Part shown: positions 49,551-60,559 of the stretch, piece by piece | Layout of the letters: each line of letters starts with the position of its first letter | Position numbering within the stretch: position 1 is the stretch's first letter | Source of the DNA: Squalus acanthias | Taxonomy: Eukaryota | NCBI GenBank assembly: GCA_030390025.1 | Contig: CM059432.1 | Span: forward strand, 132,992,001 to 133,056,000 | Length of the DNA: 64,000 nucleotides | Direction: 5' to 3' | Made by a program: the position numbers and the translations under genes | Notes under the pieces: model-generated | The model's input: only the letters and a program-made list of their open reading frames with translations | What the model was told of the DNA's origin: nothing | The model's database searches: none

Positions 49551-50760
49551 TCGCTCCCTGACACTCGCGCTCCCTCCGGGCTCTTGGGCCTACCTTTAAC
49601 TGCAGCCGCTCCTCTCGCTCTCCTGCAGGTCCGCTCTCATGTCTATTAACTTAGAGACCTTGGGTTCTGTAGCTCCACTCCTCCTTTTCAGTCAGACGTC
49701 TCCACCGCCTTCCTCCTCTCCACCAATTCCTGTGAACATAAAATTCCTCACTCTGCTTGCGATTCACTCCGTTTGCGAAGTCCCAGCTCTGTCTCCAAGC
49801 TCTGTGCTCAAGCTCATATAGGCCCATTCTACTCAATCTCTCCTCATTCGACAGCCCTCTCATCCCAGGAATCAATCTAGTAAACCTTCGTTGCACTCCC
49901 TCAAAGGCAAGTATATCCTTCCTTAGGTAAGGTGACCAAAACTGTACACAGTACTCCAGGTGTGGTCTCACCAAAGCCCTATATAATTGCAGCCAGATTA
50001 CCTTACTCTTATACTCCAACCCCCTTGCAGTAAAGGCTAACATACCATTTGCCTTCCTAATTGCTTGCTATACCTGCATGTTAACTTTCTGTGTTTCATG
50101 TACAAGGACCCCCAAATCCCTCTGAATACCAACATTTACTAGTCTCTCACCTTTTAAAAAATATTCTGCTTTTCCATTCTCCCTACCAAAGCGGATAATT
50201 TCGCACTTCCTCACATTATACTCCATCTGCCATCTTATTGCCCAATCACTTAACCGGTCTATATCTCTTTGCAGCCTCTTTGCATCCTCCTCACAGCTTA
50301 CTTTCCCACCTAGCTTTGTCTCGTCAGCAAACTTGGATATATAACATTTGGTCCCCTCATATAAGTCACTGATATAGATTGTGAATAGCTGAGGCCCAAG
50401 CACTGATCCTTGCGGCACTCCACTAGTTATACTCTGCCATCCCAAAAATGACCCGTTTATTCCTACTCTCTGTTTTCTGTCTATTAACCAATCCTCAATC
50501 CATGCTAGTATATTACCCCTAATCCTATGCGCCCTAATCTTGTGTAACAAACTCTTGTGTGGCACCTTATCGAATGCCTTCTGAAAATCAAAATATACTA
50601 CATCCACAGGTTCTCCCTTATCTACCGTGCTAGTTACACACTCAAAAAACTCTAATAGATTTGTCAAACATGATTTCCCTTTCATAAAACCATGCTGACT
50701 CTGCCTAATAATAATGATTTTCCAAGTGTCTAGCGATACCTACAGCTTAAGTAGAACTAA

Positions 50761-50846
50761 AGTCCTGAAATTCTGTGGAGATTCTCCCGGTCTCCTGCTT
50801 GTACCTCCATGAGGGACTAGCAGAATGCCCACGAAATTTCAGGTCC
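50761..50846. mobile_element. short Harbinger-type MITE
   Basis: cctgaaattctgtgg / ccacgaaatttcagg. Confidence 0.55.
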
Positions 50847-51055
50847 TACTTGTTTTCATACTTCAAAGGCTCATAATCAGGCTCACCTACAGGTGGTGGC
50901 TTTTTGCGAGATGTCAAGTTTTTACGAAGCTGTTGGTTGGGTCTTGCTGGTTTGGTATGTATGATTTACTGTGTGAGAAAAGTGTGCAGACGTATTGCAA
51001 AATATATGCATGTGTTCTCATTATGCTAAAGAAAAAGAAAACAGGATACCCTTAA

Positions 51056-51628
51056 GTGGGAGAAATTCAACACGTGCCTAAAGTGGGTGGAACAGTCTGT
51101 GGCCTGAGCTAATTGGGAAGGGGGCGGTGGGTGGAGAGGAGGCACAGATGAGGTGGGTGAATCCAGGCAGCAGCCCACAGTATTTTTGAGGAGCCAGGTG
51201 GAGCACTCCTGCTCCTCCTGGCTCCACAACAATATAACTTTGAAAAAAGCTTTGTGGCCATTTTTTGTATGAGCGGCCTCCAGCGGTCTCTTTAAAGACC
51301 GCGGGTTAGGTCGCTCAAGATTTGGCACAACTCGGCTGCTTTACAAGTCAATCGGGGTCCTAAAAGCAGTGTAGGACCTTGATTTGCACAGTAAAGCAGC
51401 CTTGGGCCTGGTTCAGGCAAGCGAGTTGCTCGCCCATTTACAGGCCCACCTGAATATGGTATCTGGCGGACCGTGGACATCAATGAGGGGGACTAGGTTC
51501 ACCCTTCCTCCGCCCACCCCCCCCCCTGCGCCATCTTCCCCCCACCCCCCACCCCCCACACAATTTTCAACTCCTGACCGCCAGTTTTTCAGGTGCAAAA
51601 TGGAAGCCCGAGTGTTGAATTTTTCCCC
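51056..51628. mobile_element. non-autonomous Harbinger element
   Basis: gggagaaattcaacac / gtgttgaatttttcccc, flanked by TAA and TAG. Confidence 0.72.
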
Positions 51629-52352
51629 TAGATGTCTGACGCTGCTGAATTAAACAATACACCATACAGTTAACATAACACAGTAAGAATTGGTGTTTCA
51701 AAGGATTACAGCGCCTTTTGAGGCATAAATGAGGCACATTTCTTCTGATAGATCCCTTCATTAGCCTATTTTTAAGCAAAAAAATTGGCCTTGTGTAAAA
51801 TTATCCATTCGGACAAAACAGGAGGGAAAAGAACAGCAGAAAAATAGACTTTATGTTGGCGCAAATATTTGGAAAATCTGGCTCCCCATGTCTTCGAAAC
51901 TTATGAATTCAATTATTAACTTGGCAAATATACAAAAATCTTTGCAATATTCTCTACTCAATCTTACACACCAATAAATCATTGCAATACAGCCAACTCT
52001 ATAATTAGATATATTTTTTAAAAATGTGTTTTTGTTCATTAAAGTAGGAGCAATGTCGTGACTGTTTTCCTTTTATTTTCTCTCTAGCGTCAGCACTGCA
52101 CACTTCCCTGTCACACACAGCATAGATTAGAAACACTGAAAAGCTTTTTCTGTTCTCCCCTTTGATGTGCACTAGCCGATGGACATCCCCAAGCATACCA
52201 ATGTGATCAGACCACATCGGCTGTTCATGTGGTCTCATTGATAATTTGGCATTATTCCCAAATTATGGATAGCTTTGCAATATTGACCTGTACTAATTGT
52301 TCCATTAAGCCCATCAGTCTGGCCTTAGTTCTCGCACAGGATAGAGGACAAT

Positions 52353-53594
52353 GGACCAGATTTTGCTGGAGCAGGGCATCTCGGGGTGTGCCCAGTTAGT
52401 TAGACTGGTTCTTAGTTAGTGTTCTTGCTCAGGCCAACATCCCGAGCATCGAAGCTTTGACCACGCTCGATCAGCTCCGATAGACGGGTCACATCATCCA
52501 CATGCCCGATACGAGACTCCCAAAACAAGCGCTCTACTCGGAGCTCCGACACGGCAAGAGAGCCGCAGGTGGGCAGAGAAAATGCTTCAAGGACACCCTC
52601 AAAGCCTCCTTAAAAAAGTGCAACATCCCCACCGACACCTGGGAATCCCTGGCCCAAGACCGCACAAATTGGAGGAGAAGCATCCAGTAGGCGCCGAACG
52701 CCTCGAGTCTCTTCGCTGGGAGCAAGCGGAAGCCAAGCACAAACAGCGCAAGGAGCGCACGTCAACCCAAGCACCCCACCCACCCGCCCCTTCAACCACC
52801 GTCTGCCCCACCTATGACAGAGACTGTAGGTCCCGCATTGGACTCATCAGTCACCTGCGATCTCATTTTTAATGTGGAAGCAAGTCATCCTCGGTTCCGA
52901 GGGACTGCCTAAGAGAGAGAGACGTTTTCCCTCACCCTTCAGCTCAAAATTTTTGTGCGGCAAATTGCTTGAAGTGCGAGGTCAACAGGGCATCTGGGAA
53001 CTTGGTGAACAACGGGACCAACAGTCCTTAACCAATGAGATTTAAGGATTGAGAAAGAAACTGGAATGACTGAGAAGGAAATAGGGTGAATTAGAATGAG
53101 TTATAAAGAGAGAAATAAAGAGAGAGAAAGAAAGATTGATTAAGAGAGACAGTAAAAAAGAGTCAGAAAAGAAAAGTAAGGAAAAATGTAAAAAGATTTA
53201 AATCTCTAGGAACAATTTACTACCTGCAGGAATGAGACTCCACAGTTGAAATTGTTCCCTTTCTGGGTCAGAAAGGTTGGCTGGCATTGCAGGAACATAA
53301 TTCTTGTCATTAAAAGGGTCCTGAGGCTGTTAAGTACCATCCCATACTTTCTGCGGCAAGTTTAATTCGTATTTACAACGCAAATGCAGCAATTTCTTGA
53401 TACTCACGGGGAGGTTGAGGGTAAGTTCCAGTTTTCGCAAGGCTAACGGTGGAGCGGCGCAAATCGTCCAACAATTTGTGGCGATTTGCAACTCACACCG
53501 TATCTCTTCCTCGACACAAATTGTTGGGTTATTTACACATTAGTATCGGCGAGCACATTAAACATGCTGAAATGTTCCCAGCAAATTCTGGGAC
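52353..53594. mobile_element. non-autonomous Harbinger-type element with a nested RTE
   Basis: ggaccagattttgctgg / ccagcaaattctgggac. Interior 53230-53390 matches the reverse complement of 60690-60840. Confidence 0.65.
52424..52922 (+). mobile_element. RTE-clade LINE 3' fragment
   Basis: MPDTRLPKQALYSELRHGKR..GGQRKCFKDTLK..WESLAQDRTNWR, terminal zinc finger CPT.DRDCRSRIGLISH, (GA)n tail. Confidence 0.88.
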
Positions 53595-53944
53595 TACATG
53601 GGAACCTCCTAAGCCACCCAGGTTCCAAGAGTTTGTTACTGGCTTACCACAGAGTCTCTGGCCTTCCCCTGTGGCTTCAGGATGACTCTCTACTTGTGGA
53701 ATGTCAGCCCCAGATACACACAATCCTTTGAAAATATAGTGGAACAAAGGGGGAAAAAAATTAAATGTCTCAAATTCAATTATAGCAGTCAATCAAACAT
53801 GTGCCTTAAAGCGATTCACAGGGTATTTGTAATTGAATTGAATATCTTGGCTCTTTGGGAAGAAAAGCCATCTACCTCATTCCATCCTCTCTCAGACAAA
53901 ACACTTTAGAAGGAGCACATGCTTAGCAAGTATGCTAAACCTTT

Positions 53945-54126
53945 GTGCCTCTCTCTCCTCCTTTAAGACGCTCCTTAAAACCTACCTCTTTGACCAAGCT
54001 TTTAGTCATCTGTCCTAATATCTCCTTATGTGGCTCGGTGTCAAGTTTAGTTTGATAATTGCTCCTGTGAAGCGCCTTGGGACGTTTTACTAGGTTAAAG
54101 GTGCTGTATAAATGCAAGTTGTTGTT
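53945..54126 (+). mobile_element. L2 3' fragment
   Basis: Matches 15930-16100. Confidence 0.85.
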
Positions 54127-54632
54127 GCACAAAGGGGAAGCACCAGGGTCAAACAGACTGTTACAGTGAATAAAATTTGGGTCAGCAGATATTCTGCGTC
54201 ATGAGGATTCTTTTGAGATGGAGGAGAACATGCTAGTTGTGGAGAAATGCGTTGGTAGTTATGGGTCTTGATGTAAGCCTAAGGGTAAGGGTGGAGATTT
54301 TTTTTTGCAGAACACATTTAGAGATGACGGTTGTGCATTGGGTGTGACCGCTAAAGAGGTTGTTTATTGAAGCCCGCCTTAAGACCCTGACTGACTGAAA
54401 TGTTGATTTAGCAGACATCTCCTTTGCTTTTTGGCCATGGCCCTCTTCTGCCATTGGTTGAGACTAGCTCCCTTCTACCTACTCCATGACAATGCCCTTT
54501 GAATGCCAGGTTATGTAAGAGGCAGCAGACGGCAGTAACCTTGGATGCCTTGGCCAGATGGTAAGACTCCACTAATCAGATACATCTAAACCTTTTCATC
54601 TTAACATTTTGGTGGTCTGCCACACTAACATG

Positions 54633-55140
54633 ATGCGGAGATGCCGGTGTTGGACTGGGGTGGACAAAAGTGAGAAGTCGCACAACACCAGGTTATAGTC
54701 CAACAGTTTTATTTGAAATCACAAGCTTTCGGAGCTGCTGCTCCTTCGTCAGGTGAAGTGAAGGAATACGAATCGGCAAAGCATATATAGACAGAGAACA
54801 ATGCCTGTGCAGCGTACAATGTCAGACAACTACAGTTAATCTTTCTGACTGCCTTTTATCACACCTCGGCAGAGAGACAATCAGGTCAGTCAGGAAGGCA
54901 TTATATCAAAGACATAACAAGATACAACTAAAACAATGAGGTGGGGTCACAGGGGGTCTAATGTGTCAAATGCTGCAGTCTGTATGGAAAACCATAAACT
55001 TTAAACTTTTTACTTTTTTTTACTGGAAATCACATCTGTGAACAAGCCAACGATGACTCGAGTCTGGATGACTCTACGTCATGTAGCGTGACATGAACCC
55101 AAGATCCCGGTTGAGGCCATCTCATGGGTGCGGAACTTGG
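54633..55140 (-). mobile_element. Penelope-like element 3' fragment
   Basis: Minus strand reads KFRTH..GLNRDLGFMSRYM* (GIY-YIG end). Flanked by duplicated ctaacatg at 54625-54632 and 55141-55148. Confidence 0.82.
54719..54756 (-). ncRNA. minimal type I hammerhead ribozyme (Penelope)
   Basis: Minus strand reads tcac-CTGACGA-a-ggagc(agca)gctcc-GAAA-gctt-gtga. Core is intact, stem II has 5 bp, stem I has 4 bp, and stem III is a loopless palindrome. Confidence 0.78.
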
Positions 55141-55829
55141 CTAACATGCTGATAGCTGCATTGCAACTCTCGGTATCTCTAATCAGATTTTATCTGTGGG
55201 GGTCTTGAAAGTGTCAAGAGCCTTTACTCAAGTGGGTAACCTGGGTCCCGTAGCAGTCATCCAGTCAGTCCTTGTAGCCCTTGAAATAATGCTGGCACCG
55301 TCGATAGCCATAAAATGAAAGAAGCACAACTACCAAGGGAGCAGGCATTGACATGCATGGTTCTGTACCCTTAGCTGGTAGCTGCACATTAATAGAGTGC
55401 AATCCTTTTTGTATTATTGCAGGGACGGGCATTGGGTTATCGCTTGGGGAAATTAATGAAATCCGTAGTTGGATCAAAAATGCCACCTGTATGATTTCAA
55501 TGGGATGAAAAGCTCTACAATGGGGCGGGTGATCTGCTCCACCAGATTACTGCCCAACTGGTGAAGGTGAAAATCAACTCACAACATCAGAATTTTGAAG
55601 TCAAATGACTTTTGTAGGCGATATACATTTCTGCTAATTGTTTTCTCATTTTACTAAGATTTCATTGCTAAGTGAATGATTCTATGGGCTGTGGAGCGTG
55701 GACATTGATTACTGGTTAAATTGATCTGAAATTCACGGGACTCCCGATCCCAGCAGACCCCTGATTAACGGTGAATGTTTCTCGATAAAATAGTCTTATG
55801 CTTTCCAGTAGTCACTGTATTGGGAAACA

Positions 55830-56007
55830 TGGAATCATAGAATCTTACAGCACAGAAGGAGTCCATTCGGCCCATCGTGCCTGTGTCGGCTCTTTGAAAG
55901 AGCTATCCAATTAGTCCCACTCCCCTGCCCTTTCCCCATAGCCCTGCAATCTGCTCCTCCCCTTCAAGTATTTATCCAATTCCCTTTTGAAAGTCACTAT
56001 TGAATCT
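55830..56007 (-). mobile_element. CR1 3' fragment
   Basis: Matches 26936-27075 and 44690-44865. Confidence 0.85.
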
Positions 56008-56639
56008 TTAGTCATTTATTTTTCCACTGTTTTAACTTCAAAACTAAACAGTTGAAAGATTCGCATTTGCATATGGCACTTGATGCGGGAGAAAACATCC
56101 AATTGCTTATGGTTGGAAATTCCAGTGATCTGAACCTAGTGACCCACTTTTTTTGGATTTAGATCAATACAAAATATCAGTTTAAAAAGGATAATGGATA
56201 ACGTTGGATTGTGGTGTTCCAATATCTGGTTTCTCCAGTTATAGGCTGGGCCTGAGAGTATTTGCACGAGTTGCTAGCAACATGTGGTGGAACTGCACCG
56301 TGCTTTAAAGCATTTGATGTTTCATCTCGTGAGCTGAGTTTACACTCTCCCAACCCAGCCATGCCAATACATCAAATAAACAAAAAAAATGCTTAATATC
56401 ACTGAAGTTATTCAGGCACAATAGTATTTAACTGTTTCTATTGTTTCAGCTCTATGGACCATTCGAACTATAAACTAAGGCTGTGACAGTCCAAGCGCAT
56501 TTCACACATGAACTTTACTTCAAATAGCGAGAGAGAGAGGAGGGTTTCATCTCATCAGTCTGGACTGGATTTACACTCCAGTATGAGAGGTGACATTGTT
56601 CGAGCCCACTTCGTTCTCAAGTACACGTGCCACTGCGAA

Positions 56640-56960
56640 TAATGTCTCCATGTCTATAAAAAGCTGAATATTCCAAAACTACAACTGGCGCAAACACTGA
56701 AGATTATGGTAATAATCCCAGAATAAACAAAATTGAGAAGTTCTCCAGGAACAGTCCAAGAAATGTTGTCAAACTTGGCAGCAGGAATTTGGCGCGCACA
56801 CAAACTGTTGAAGCTCAGTCAAACTATCACAAGATCCACTAAACTCTGCCAACAGCACTGTGAAGCAGGTGACATGAAGGTAGAAAGAACCATATTTACA
56901 ACTACTAGACTGAGATACCAGTAGTATATGGACTTAAAGGTTCACTGCCTTCATGGAAAA
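56640..56960 (+). pseudogene. possible decayed THAP zinc-finger domain (DNA-transposon fossil)
   Basis: With frameshifts it reads KFSRN..CQTW..RAHKLLKLSQTITRSTKLCQQHCE..GSLPS, resembling the THAP pattern FP.d...W....LC..HF....AVP. Confidence 0.4.
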
Positions 56961-57699
56961 GACGGACAATTTTTTATGGTATTATTTGGGCAGTGGCATG
57001 AAAAATCTGTGCATCATTTTTATTTTCATGGTGACGCCACACACGGACATACGAGAGGCTCAATGTTGAAATAACCTTGTGCTGTTGCATTATGTGTTTG
57101 AAAAGAAACAGACTAAGAGCGAAGCGTTGTTTGCAATTTGACCGCACTCCAAATCCCGAGCAATGTTACAGGAGATCCACTAATCTTCATTTTAAAAAGT
57201 TATCGTTTTGATTTATTCACATTTAGTCAAGCACAGTGTTTTGCCCTATGGATGTGATACTTTGGAGGCGTGACGCGTCTGAGATCACAATTACAGGTGT
57301 GATGCCTGGGAAAGACGTGATGTGACAGCTCATGTTGACATAAAGCTGGTGCCCTTTCAAGAAAGATCTAAACTGTTTACTGATTTTTTTAAAAACAGGT
57401 GCAATATTTCAAATGCATTGCAGAGATCTTTCTTCAGCACAACATATTTTGTAGATAGTTCTTCAAGCACTTCAAACATTTGGCTCCAAACAAGTAACAG
57501 AATTGTTTGAAATGTTTGTGTTACTAGCTGCAGTCTTGTTTCTCAGCTTTTGGGAAAAAAAACTATCAATATTGCTTTAAACTAACAGGAACAATAGTAA
57601 TTATCTACAGCTGCACTGCAAAAGGGAACGTTTTTTTGCATTCATTTGAAAGGTTACATTTTTTAACCCACCCTATGCCGCTGAGCTATAGAAGAGTAT

Positions 57700-58947
57700 A
57701 GTAGACTCATGACCAAGGTCAGAGCATGTGGAGTCAGGGGACAAGTAGCAGAATGGACAGCAAGCTGGCTACAAAACAGAAAACATAGTGTAGGGGTTAA
57801 GGGTAGTTACTCAGACTGGAAAAAGGGAAGTGGTGTTCCACAAGGATCGGTGCTGGGACCACTGCTGTTCACCATTTACATAAACGATTTGGACTTGGGA
57901 ATTGGAAGTACAATTTCAAAATTTGTGGACGACGCCAAATTGGGGGGCGGGGGGAGGGATGGGGTATAGTTGATACTGAAGAGGACTGCGACAAAATACA
58001 AGAAGACATTAATAAACTTGCAGAATGGGTGTGTAATTGGCAAATTAATTTCAATATAGATAAGTGTGAGGTGGTGCATTTTGGTCCGAAGAATGAGGAG
58101 GCCACATACTCCTTGAAAAATAGTTTAAATGGGGTAGAGGAGCAAAGGGATCTAGGGGTACAGATACACAAATCACTAAAAGTAGCGATGCAGGTTAATA
58201 AGGCCATAAAAAAGCAAACAAAGCACTGGGGTTCATTTCTGGAGGGATAGAATTGAAGAGCAGAGAAGTTCTGTTACACTGGTATAGAAACTTGGTTCGA
58301 CCACACCTGGAGTACTGTGAACAGTTCTGGTTTTCATATTATAAAAAAGGATCTAGAGGCACTGCAAAAGGTGCAAAAAAGATTTCCATGTATAATACCA
58401 GCCTAGCTACAAGAATGACACTCTGCGATGGTTGGTGTTGGCCTGTCGTTTTGTGGTATAGAAGCAATTATGACGGCAACTGGAATTTTATATCCAGCAT
58501 TTTAAATACCAGAACTAACCTATCAAGAAAGATTGAACAGGCTGGGGCACCTTTCTCTAGAAAATAGAAGGTTGAAGGGTGACCTGACAGGGGTCTTTAA
58601 GATTATGAAAGGGTTTGATAGGGTACACATAGAGAAGATGTTTCCATTTGTGAGGGAGACCAAAACGAGGTGTCATAAATATAAGATAATCACTAATAAA
58701 TCCAATAGGGAATTCAGGACAAACTTTTTTACCCAGAGAGTGGTTAGAATGTGGAACTCACTACCACATGGAGTAGTTGAGGCGAATAGCATAGATGCAT
58801 TTAAGGGGAAACTAGATAAGTACATGAGGGAGAGAGGAATAGAAGGATATGTTTATAGGGTTAGATGAAGAGGGGTGGGAGGAGGCTCATGTGGAGCATT
58901 AACACCAACACTGAATGGCCTGTTTCTGTGCTGTACATTCTATGTAA
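57700..58947 (+). mobile_element. 5'-truncated CR1 LINE
   Basis: GVPQGSVLGPLLFTIYINDL, KFVDDAKL, VRPHLEYCEQFW, VRMWNSLP. Confidence 0.9.
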
Positions 58948-59086
58948 GGGTAGCTTTTGCAAGGCTGTTCTGGAAAATCAGGAGCTGCACGAATCGGGCA
59001 CAGTGATCTCCTGAGCCTACCTCTTGAATCCACACTCACGTCAAGCAAGGCTCTGCACTATGAGTGCAGCTTTGCGAAATGCAGCC
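58948..59086. mobile_element. decayed Harbinger-type MITE at a CR1 tail
   Basis: gggtagcttttgcaaggctg / cagctttgcgaaatgcagcc (14 of 20 positions match). Confidence 0.45.
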
Positions 59087-60559
59087 TATATTGTCAGGGG
59101 ATAATCTCGCTACTTTGCCAGCAGCAAGACAACTGATTTGAGCAGTAGGGATCCTTTAAGCGATGCAAAGAGATCAACGATTGACTTTGGTTTATGGCAC
59201 AATCGGGTCGATCTTCAGACTTTAGGCTTTCAAGTGACTGAAGGAAACATTGTTTCGGCTGGTTTACAGCCAATCATTGCCCATTTTTGGGGGATTTGGA
59301 AAAATTGAAAATAGGATTGGCCAGCGAGGCAGGAGTTTTCCTGGAGCTGTCAGTGCCTCAGTATTAATTACTAATAGGTTCCCTTTCCCTTTCTTAGAAA
59401 AAAAACCTGTCATTGTTTGAGGTCTTCTTGCAGCACTTACCATTTGCCTAGCTGGTAACAACCAGTCAACCCACTCCTAGGCCTCTGCCATGGCTGGACT
59501 CTCTCTCTCTCTCTCTCTCTCATTTTCCCTTTCTTCCTCGGAGAAAAAAGCTTATCCTGTGCCCTTCAATCCTCCCTCTTTCTCTTTCACCCGCAGTGAC
59601 TGAGCTCAGTGACCAAGGGGAATCGCTGGTGAAGGCCCATGACTTACCCATCAGTGAGTGCGTTAATGCGGCACCACTGCTAATGTAATTTCAAATCCTA
59701 GTGGACAGTTTGTACAAAAAGGCAAAACCAAGTATGTCAACACATAAAACTTCTATTATACATATTCTGAATCTGCTGTAGACAAAAGAACATTTGCTTG
59801 ATCACTTGGTTGTAAGATAATTTTACTGCACATTTACCACTGAATGCGATAGGTTGCCACTGGTAACCAACTGCCGACACATGAATTTACTGTGAGTCAT
59901 TTAACTACAGGGCTTCATTAGCTCTCATTATGATACAATACCCAATGTATTACAGCTACTTTAATTAATGGTCGATCTTTTTAAAATTACCATTCAGATT
60001 TCGTTTATCATACAATTGATTTAAAGGGGCAATTATAATATTAACATAATTACATATTTTACATTATGCGACATGTGTAACAAAATGACAGCAGGCAAGC
60101 TGTTATCTGCATGCATATATTAAAGAAATCAGGTTCCAGACTACTACATGTGCCAGACCACTCCAGACACTGAAAATATTGGCCAAATGTCCAGTACAAG
60201 CTGCCTTACTTTTTAAATATATCGAAAGATAAGTGGTTACCCTTTTCAAAAAAAAACTGTTTTCATCACTTAAACATCCATTGATTTTATATAACAAGTT
60301 TTCAATAAAAACATCAATAAATTATATTCATTTTTCTTATGTAAAAGTGTAAAATAGTTTGTTTTACTAAAAAAAAAATTCTTAACATAACAATGAAATC
60401 AAGTTTGAATCTGAATTTGTGTAAGCAGCCTCGGGTGAAGTGGCATATTGGCCTCAGTGGCATTTGAGGCTGTCCATTTAATCCCATCTGGCTAGTCAAT
60501 AGGGGACTCCGAGGAGCTTTGTTTGGTAATGTCCTTGAGGCAAGAAGCAAGGATGGCAC

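Larger units (their letters stand above)
44689..49816 (-). mobile_element. near full-length CR1 LINE (5' UTR, ORF1, ORF2, 3' tail), decayed
   Basis: ORF1 has zinc finger/coiled-coil CRKC..LKELKLQISEIE and SGNH esterase GDSIVRG..CCLPGAR..VVHIG. ORF2 has APE (ITETWL, SDH) and RT (QHGFVKGKSCLTNL, GVSQGSV). Confidence 0.92.
44345..50730 (-). mobile_element. CR1 fragment (44345-44688 plus 49817-50730) split by a near full-length CR1
   Basis: RT ORF 50068-50685 continues to LSRMGLY at ~49820 and resumes as SLEFRIMRGDLIETYK at ~44688. Confidence 0.88.
54380..55480 (-). pseudogene. decayed Harbinger transposase interrupted by a Penelope fragment
   Basis: QKGLHSINVQL, MHVNACSLGSCASFILWLSTVPALF, G*LLRDPGYPL, then left of the insertion RFRCI and VTAVCCLLHNLA. 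Confidence 0.78.
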
